DNA of 64,000 nt, taken from NCBI GenBank assembly GCA_009914755.4, contig CP068257.2, positions 44,480,001 to 44,544,000 of the forward strand, given 5' to 3'. The notes below the pieces were generated by a model that saw only the letters and a program-made list of their open reading frames with translations, did no database searches and had not been told where the DNA came from. A program made the translations under genes and the position numbers. Below are positions 54,887-64,000 of the stretch, one piece after another (positions within the stretch are counted from its first letter, which is position 1; each line of letters starts with the position of its first letter). Origin of the DNA: the human T2T-CHM13v2.0 reference genome, Homo sapiens.

Positions 54887-54940
54887 CTCCTGGTTCTTCC
54901 CCTCCGAAAAGTTGGGGACGCATTCCACCAGCTGGGACAT
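54887..54940 (-). CDS. FTCD: FTCD first coding exon (MSQLVECVPNFSEGKNQE); 5'UTR and transcription start lie just upstream at about 54.94-55.1 kb
   Basis: ATG at 54940..54938 (+ strand CAT); donor CAGGAG|gtgagg. The 14 exon lengths 54+184+129+89+180+138+132+62+130+162+44+139+96+84 sum to 1623 nt, 541 codons. Confidence 0.85.
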
Positions 54941-55249
54941 GGCCAGCACCTTGATCCAGATGCTCCTCTCTGGGCAGATGGAAGGACAGGGCCAGTGCTC
55001 CGCAGCCGCCGCCAGGGCCTTTATACGCTCACCGGCAGCACCTCCCCACCGGCTTCTCATTAACCAGCAAGGCACAAGGAGCAGTGGGGCCAAGGTCCCT
55101 GTGCAGCCGCGGAGTGGGGTGCTGCAGAGCCACCCCGGGTGCTGTTGACCCAGAGGGGATGGCTCCACTCAGCCAGAGTGTGGGTTCCCGGAAAAGAAGC
55201 ACATGCCAGGGTGAAGGGGCATGTGCCGAGGACCCCCAGTAGCATCAGG

Positions 55250-55420
55250 CCAGCCTGGCTGGAATCCTGTCGTGACGAGGCCTCCCTGTGCCCCTGCGGG
55301 TGACCCTCGTGACCCTGTGCTGCCTTCTGGGAGGCCTTCCAGGCAGCCCGTGGGGCCTGCGTTTGTTCCTGGAGGAGCCTGGACCCCTGGGGCTGTGGAG
55401 GGCGAGAGGCCAGCATGAGG
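55250..55420. repeat. about 170-bp low-copy duplicate (copy B) upstream of the FTCD first exon
   Basis: see copy A. Confidence 0.8.
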
Positions 55421-55446
55421 CCCTGGCTCGCAGCACCCAACTGAGG

Positions 55447-55885
55447 TCAGCTCAGCTCAGACAGGAGAGTGCAGGGGAGCACGCGTGTGAGAGTGAGTGA
55501 GGATACACGTGAGGGCAGGGCAGGGGAACACGTGAGAGTGCAGATACACGTGAGCACAAGGCAGGGGAGCACATGTGTGAGAGCGTGGATACATGTGAGC
55601 ACAGGACAGGGGAACACGTGTGAGAGTGAGCGAGGATACATGTGAGTGTGGGGTAGGGGAGCACACGTGTGAGAGTGCAGGTACACGTGAGCATGGGGCA
55701 GGGGAAGCAAGCATGTGAGAGTGAGTGCAGATACATGTGAGCGCAGGGCAGGGGAACACGCGTGTGAGAGTGCAGATACACACGAGACGGGCATGTGCGA
55801 TATGGGGGAAGGCAGCTGAGACCCCAGCTCTCTCCAGCTGCTGCTCCCCTGACTACAGGCTCCCCACGAAGTCAGCGGCACCAGG
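55447..55885. repeat. minisatellite, about 40-45-bp unit x10 (acacgtgtgagagtgcag.tacacgtgagca.gg.caggggag)
   Basis: regular tandem units; HTCAPLP/CTLTRV peptides in the antisense ORFs 55447..55881, 55452..55781 and 55457..55783. Confidence 0.85.
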
Positions 55886-55939
55886 GCCGTGCTCAGAAGG
55901 GAGAACTCCTGTCTCCACGTTCAGCCGCTGCCCACTTGC

Positions 55940-56090
55940 AGTGCTTTTATCATTTTCTCTTTTTTTTTTTTTTGAGACAAAGTCTCACTCTGTCAGCCAG
56001 GCTGGAGTGCAGCGGCACAATCATGGCTTCCTGCAGCCTTGGTCCCCAGGCTCAAGAGGTCCTTTCACCTTAGCCTCCTGAGCATCTGGG
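55940..56090 (-). mobile_element. Alu fragment (antisense, poly-T head)
   Basis: TTTTTTTTTTTTTGAGACAAAGTCTCACTCTGTCAGCCAGGCTGGAGTGCAGCGGCACAATCATGGCTTCCTGCAGCC. Confidence 0.8.
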
Positions 56091-56144
56091 CCACAGGCAC
56101 ACACCACTACACTGGCTAACTTTTCCATTTTTGGTAGACATGGT

Positions 56145-56888
<744 letters not shown>

Positions 56889-59376
56889 ACTTGAAGTTCT
56901 TAATGGAACCCCAACCATGTGGGCCTTAGGGACCCCACCTCCGTGGCTACTCAGGGGGACTGGGATGAGACAGGAGCCAGGTAAGCCCAGAAACCTTCAG
57001 AGGCTGGGAGCACACAGAGTTCCCCAGCCAGGGCTCCACGTCTGGAGGCTGGGAGTGGGGGATGGGGTCAGGGATCTGTGTCTGGAGGGAGACCAGGAGG
57101 GGAGGATGGGGTCAGAGCTCTGTGGAGCCTCAAGGGGAGGATGGAGTCAGGGATCCATGTCTGGAGGCCAGGAGGGGAGGATGGGGTCTGTTGAGGGCCG
57201 CACTGCATTCCCTCGAGAAACCATCTGCTGAAGGCCTGACCTCCAGCATGGCAGACTGGATTACCCCCAGCACCGCCGACTGGATTGGATGTGGAGATGG
57301 ACAGGGCGGTGAGAAGAGGGAGAGACACCAGGGATGCACTCAGAGAAAAGGCCAGGAGGACAAAGCAGGGAGGCGGCCGCCTGCAAGCCAAGCAGAGAGA
57401 CCTCAGACAAACAGAATCTGCAGACACTTTGATCTTGTACTCTGGGCCTTCAGGACTGTGATAGAATAAATTTCTGTGGTTTAAGCTGCTGGGTCTGCGG
57501 TACTTTGTGACGGCAGCCGCACACATCCAGGGTCCCGAGGTGCGGGGCACTGGAACATTCTGGCTGTGAGGGTTGCCCACACTGGGCTGGCACCTTCATC
57601 CTCGCACCACAGCAGAGTGACCAGAACCATACACTCGTGACCCAGGACGGTGCCAAGGCCAAGACCTGGCCCTGTCCTCCAGCCCAGCAAATCGCCTGTC
57701 AGGAGAGAGGGTTGGGGCGGGAGGCCCCGGCAGGAGCTGCATGCATTTCCTACCCAGCTACTGCTGGACCAGGGCTTGGCTACAGCTGAGAACACGAGGG
57801 GGAATGGGGCTGGTTGTGACGCCGGCGCTGGTTCTCAGGGGCAGCACTGAGACATTAGAAATGCTGGCAGGTGCTGTAAATAGCTCCTGAATCGGGGACC
57901 CTAAGGGACCCCACTTACAGGAGAAAGAATCTCAGCTATGCCCACACCAGGGTTTCCACCATCTCTCCCCAGTGACAGGCCCAGGGCTACTGATTCCAGG
58001 GCCAGGCAGGCCATACACTTTTCTAACCCAGAGTATGAGACAAACATAGTGGGCCCATAAGTAAATGACTGAATACGGAAGCTGTGTGCAGGAGAATCCG
58101 AGTTCACTTGGGCCGGTGCCCACCTCCGTCCCAGGAGGTGGAAATCATCCCCTAGAAGCTCACTGCCCTCCCGTCTACAGATGGAAGAGCTGGTGCCCAG
58201 GGCCCGGGTGCTGCCCCAGGAGACATGGCCACGCCAGCCACTTCAGGGCCACCCTCCTCACCCTGTTCCCATTTCTCCTCATTTTAATAGTACAGTAAGA
58301 AAAAGTGCAGGAATGGGCTTCACCCTCTCTGCACGGGAGCCCTCCAGAAAGTTCCACGTGCACCTGCAGCTTAGGGGCCTAGGGGGTGGCACTGCCAGGG
58401 TGGGGGTCTAGCTTCTGACCACAGGGCCCCCCCAGGCTAGCCCAGCACAGTGGACAACTTGGGCCCCACTATATGGACAGAGGGTGAGCCATGGGCACCG
58501 CCCCAGCCAAAGCCCCCAGGGGCCACTCCAAGCCAAGCCCAAGAGCCTGGAAGACACTAAGGCTGTTTGGGGGACCCATGGCCAGAGGCTGAGAACCCCA
58601 TTCTTCTAGAGACCCAGAGCACAGGGGCTGAATGCCACCTGCCCACCAGACTGTTCCTGTATAACTCATATGGTTTTTGTTTTCTGGTTTACAATGCTTT
58701 GACCTCTCGGGGGCCTTACTGGCTAGGTGGAGACTGCCCTCCCAGGACTGGCTAATTCCTAGAGACAGCAAAAGGTGCCTGCAAACAGAGCTCCCCTTTA
58801 AGGCACAAGCCAACCCACCTGGAGCCTGTAAACCCAACCACCCCTTATCTGACTCACTCACCAAACCCATGTTCCTCTGCCCTCAATCACCCTGGGGCAG
58901 GACGGTGGTCAACTAGACACCACCCCATAGCCCGGAGCCCAGGGAAATTAACCTGTCCAATCCTAAACTTGCTCCTTCGTGCCTACCCTCCCTGGCCTCT
59001 CTTCCCAGGGAAACCCCCACAGAGCCTCTGGCCATGCTCTCCCCTCTCGCCTTCTGCGTCCTGTTGCCACGGCGCCCCGCCCCGGGCGGCCCTGTGTGGC
59101 ACGGTACGTGCCCTCCTGTGGTTTAAGTAGCTGGGTCTGCAGTACTTTGTGACACACTCTCCTTTAAAGTCAGGGGTCCTGTGTCTGTATCCCACCACAC
59201 CCAACTGAAATAAATCCTGGTGCGTTTCATCACAGCCCTTCCTATCCCAGGCTTGCTGAAAGTATCCACTCGCTGGCACCGAGGGGAAGGGGGCATGGAC
59301 CACCTGGCCGAGACTGTGTGGCTGCAGCCCTAGGCCTGGGGCCCAAAGCTCCTGGCCCAGCCACAGAGCCAGCCCA

Positions 59377-59500
59377 GTGCCGGCGTGGCCACAGGCGACC
59401 CTCAAAGGTAAGGCCAGAAATCAGCACCCAGCCACAGAGCCAGCCCACTGCCGGTGTGGCCACAGGCCACCCTCAAAGGTAAGGCCAGAAATCAGCACCC
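59377..59500. repeat. 62-bp tandem duplication x2 (agccacagagccagccca.tgccgg.gtggccacaggc.accctcaaaggtaaggccagaaatcagcaccc)
   Basis: two adjacent near-identical copies. Confidence 0.85.
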
Positions 59501-59899
59501 AGCCAGAGCTTCTCAGGCCAGTGGGCCCCTCGTCTGCCGGGCATGAGGTTGGGCCCGCACCCCAGGATCCAGCCCATCTGCACCTGGGAGCTGAATGTTG
59601 TAGCTACCAGCCAGAGTGGGGTCCCCAGCAGTCTCCATCGAGCTCTGAACTGTTAATGTGTGACAGCCCTGCCATCCTCGCCACTATTGCTGAGACAGTG
59701 TGAGGACCAGGCTGAGCGTGCTGGCTTGTGCAGCATGAGCCAAGACTCCCCTGAGACACGGTAAATGCCCCTCGTTCCAGGGCACTTTGGAACTGGGTAT
59801 CTCCTCAGCCCCAAGGTCCCGCCAATTCACTGAGGGCCCGTCTTCTCGCTGTTCCGGCCTCCGGCAGGGAGATGACCCAGGGGGAGGGGAATTGATGGG

Positions 59900-60220
59900 T
59901 CAGCTCCCCAGCTCCCCGCTCCGGGATGGTGCAAGGTGCACCTGACATGGTCTCCGGGGCTCCCCTGTGCTCGTCCACCCCCAGCACCCCCATGGTCTCC
60001 GGGGCTCCCCGGCGCTCGCCCACCCCCGGCACCCCCACGGTCTCGGGGCTCCCCTGTCCTCGCCCACCCCCAACACTCCCACGGTCTCTGGGGCTCCCCG
60101 GCGCTCGCCCACCCCCGGCACCCCCATGGTCTCCGGGGCTCCCCTGTGCTCGCCCACCCCCAGCACCCCCACGGTCTCGGGGCTCCCCGGCGCTCTCCCG
60201 CCTGCGTTGCCACTGCTCAG
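59900..60220. repeat. about 60-bp VNTR x5 (ccacccccagcacccccatggtctccggggctcccctgtgctcgc / ..cggcgctcgc)
   Basis: tandem units; reiterated peptides in ORFs 59900..60172(-), 59926..60279(+) and 59936..60226(+). Confidence 0.88.
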
Positions 60221-60409
60221 CCCTAAGGTCCGGGTTCACTGTAACGCGGCTGTTGCCCTTTCGAATTCTTCGCTTTTGAACAAGGGGCTGCGTTTCCATT
60301 TTGCCGGCAGGGGTGCGCAACCATCCGCCAGAACCAAGTCCTTGCCCCAGCTCGGCATTCGGGGAAACCCAAACTGGGACAGGACTCGCCGTCCCGGGCG
60401 GGAAAGCGG

Positions 60410-60845
60410 GTGGGCGTGGAGGCCCGGGGGAGGGGAAGGGGGGAGGGGGAAGGGGAAGGGGGAAGGGGGAGGGGGAGGTGGGAGGGGGAGGGGGAAGGGG
60501 GAGGGGGAAGCGGGAACGGGGGAGGGGGAAGCGGGAACGGGGGAGGGGGGAGGGGGAGGGGGAGGGGGGAGGGGGAGGGGGAGGGGGAGGGGAGGGGGAA
60601 GGGGGAGGGGGAAGCGGGAACGGGGGAGGGGAGATGGGGAGGGGGAGGGGGGAGGGGGAGGGGGAAGGGGGAGGGGGAAGCGGGAACGGGGGAGGGGAGA
60701 TGGGGAGGGGGAGGGGGGAGGGGGAGGGGGGAGGGGGAGGGGGAAGCGGGAACGGGGGAGGGGGAAGGGGGAGGGGGGAGGGGGAAGGGGGAGGGGGAAC
60801 GGGGGAGGGGATATGGGGAGGGGGAGGGGGAGGGGGAAGCGGGGA
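60410..60845 (+). repeat. about 430-bp (GGGGGA)n / (GGGGAA) G-rich array with embedded gcgggaacgg punctuations
   Basis: gggaggggggagggggaaggggaagggggaagggggagggggaggtgggagggggagggggaa... Confidence 0.95.
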
Positions 60846-60987
60846 GAGGGGGCCCCTGCCGGCTGCGGCTCCTTCCTGGCTTCCCTCCTTGAGCACCGAG
60901 CGGCGCTTCCTGCAGGCGGAGCAGCGGCCGAGGCGCCCTCCACGCCCTCAAAGAGCCAGAGGTAAAGGCAGACATGCAAACGGATGA

Positions 60988-60994
60988 TTTTAAT
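60988..60994 (-). other. SPATC1L: candidate SPATC1L polyA signal (ATTAAA on the - strand); alternative AGTAAA at about 61161-61166
   Basis: + strand ttttaat at about 60988-60994; assignment uncertain. Confidence 0.3.
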
Positions 60995-61196
60995 GAGGGG
61001 TGAGAAGCACTCCGCAGGTGCGGGCAGCGGCGGGCTGCGGTCGGGGCCCAGCACCGGTGGGAGCGGGGCCTTCTCTGGCCTCGCGCGCGGGGGACGCGGC
61101 CCTTTCCCCTCCGGGGGGATGCGCAGGAGGCACCGCGGCCCCGGGTTGGAACAAACGCGTTTACTGCAGGCAAGGCGGCGGGCGCGGGGCGGCTCA

Positions 61197-61520
61197 CCAG
61201 GCGAAGAGGGGCTTGCCGTCCTCCTTGGAGAGCTCGCACAGGCAGTTGAGCAGCAGCAGCGAGTCGCCCAGGAACTTGGGGGGCACCACGTCGATGACCA
61301 GCTTGCGCAGCGCGGCCGGGCTGTTGTGCAGGGGGTTGGCGCGCAGGTCGGGCCGCTGCTTCAGGATTCCGTAGGTGTTGATGAGGAACTCGCTGAACGC
61401 CGGGTGCACGTCGCGGCTGTAGCCCAGCTTCTCCAGGCGCGCGCTCAGGGCCAGGTAGCGCTGCGTCAGCTCGCGCAGCTTCCTCTCGTCCACGGAGCCG
61501 TCCAGAGACTTGGTGGAGGT
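61197..61520 (-). CDS. SPATC1L: SPATC1L terminal coding exon ([108 protein letters not shown])
   Basis: ORF 61194..62312(-) residues 265-372; acceptor gcgcccgcag|ACCTCC; stop at 61194..61196; speriolin-like C-terminus. Confidence 0.72.
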
Positions 61521-61730
61521 CTGCGGGCGCAGCGCATGGATGGGGGTGGGGGGCTCGGGGCCCTCGGACGGGGACTTCCAGGCCCAGGGCCGATCCCTGC
61601 CCCGCCCGCCTGGGTCCCCGGGGTCCCCTCCTGCGGACAGTGCCCGGCCAGGAGCCAAGATCTGGGGGCCGCACAGGGACGGACCGAGCGCCCCGCACCC
61701 TCCTGGCCGCGCCCTCCCCACGGGGCGCAC

Positions 61731-61882
61731 CTGCTTGATCTTCTCGGGGATGTTGGCCACCGTGAAGCCGTAGAGCCGCGTCACGCCCGGGAACACGTAG
61801 GCCAGGATGCGGCGGTCCAGCTGGAAGGCGATCTCGCCCACCACGCGCGTGTCCTTCTCGGCGCCCGCGAAGCTCTGGATCT
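61731..61882 (-). CDS. SPATC1L: SPATC1L penultimate coding exon (E split, [50 protein letters not shown])
   Basis: ORF 61194..62312(-) residues 144-194; ccccag|AGATCCAG ... AAGCAG|gtgcgc. Confidence 0.7.
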
Positions 61883-62379
61883 CTGGGGGAGGGAAGGCCG
61901 GGGACAAGGTCAGGGGAGCGCGAGGATCCACTGCCCTCGAGGGTGCCCTCGGCCACGTGGGGGGCGGCTCCTCCACCCCCCTCCTCCCACCTGCCGCCAC
62001 CCCCCACTGTCTGGCAAATAGAATCTGAAAGAAAAGGAGCTTCTTAAAGTGCCAAAGGGCAAGCCAGCCTTCCCTTCCCCCTGTCCTCGGCTCCCTTCTG
62101 TCCCTTTGCGATGAGGTAAACCTTTTAATCTCGGGGGTGGGGACTGGTCCCCTGTCACGCGGGAGTCTGCCCCAGCGTCGGCCCCTGCGAGGACAGAGGA
62201 ACCCGGCCCTGGAGGTCTGAGTTGGGACGGGTCCCCTCCAGTGAGGACGCCCGTGGAACAGGGCCGGTCGGCTTGGCTGGGAGGAAGGGGGAGAGTTCTT
62301 CTGTCTTGGCAACCTCTGGGCATCAAAGGCTGCTTTAATGTTTATTCAATAAAACTGCTTCATTCTTTCCTACCTCTGA

Positions 62380-62745
<366 letters not shown>

Positions 62746-62859
62746 TAGGAGACTGCAATGCTCCCACAAAACCTGCTTCCGAACCCCCCTCCCCAGGACA
62801 GCCTCTGATGGCATCCGAGTCCGTAACAGCACATGACCTTGTCCATCTTTTTCCTGGAG

Positions 62860-64000
<1,141 letters not shown>

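Noticed and set aside
59805-62021. 594-aa - strand ORF (60223..62007), 363-aa ORF (59805..60896), and 332/345-aa + strand ORFs
   Set aside because: They span the (GGGGGA)n array, the 60-bp VNTR and the CpG-rich SPATC1L 3' region. The only credible coding frame is the SPATC1L frame within ORF 61194..62312. The rest is a compositional artefact, with poly-Pro/Gly/Arg peptides.
61900-62326. Upstream part of ORF 61194..62312 (residues 1-143) as additional SPATC1L coding sequence
   Set aside because: The acceptor at 61882 and the loss of protein-like composition upstream indicate this is intron read in frame. Further SPATC1L 5' exons were not confidently identified within the window.

Overview
This window is human genomic DNA, consistent with 21q22.3 near the telomere. 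It contains no prokaryotic operons, CRISPR arrays or mobile defence islands, and no previously undescribed biological system is apparent. Three protein-coding genes are recognisable from their translated exons. (1) The complete COL6A2 gene (collagen VI alpha-2) runs on the + strand from about 9.2 to 30.9 kb. It has an N-terminal vWA exon, a 21-bp microexon, 19 short Gly-X-Y exons whose lengths are multiples of 9, two C-terminal vWA exons, and the alternative C2a terminal exon inside intron 27. (2) FTCD (formimidoyltransferase-cyclodeaminase) lies convergent on the - strand from about 34.8 to 55.0 kb. All 14 coding exons were located and their lengths sum to 1623 nt, which is 541 codons. (3) The two 3'-terminal coding exons of SPATC1L (C21orf56) lie on the - strand at 61.2-61.9 kb. 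The rest is intergenic or intronic repeat: L1 fragments with a nested Alu, MIR, THE1 and LTR12 LTRs, about a dozen Alus, and an unusually dense set of GC-rich minisatellites and VNTRs. Several of these VNTRs reiterate splice-donor junctions or sit in in-frame introns. Also present are an interstitial TTAGGG-like block, a 1.25-kb polypyrimidine mirror tract and a 430-bp (GGGGGA)n tract. The very long ORFs in the six-frame track over GC-rich or low-complexity DNA are artefacts. COL6A2 + strand coordinates were checked against ORF-track frames and should be exact to about 1 nt. FTCD and SPATC1L exon ends were derived from residue positions within - strand ORFs and could be off by 1-2 nt.
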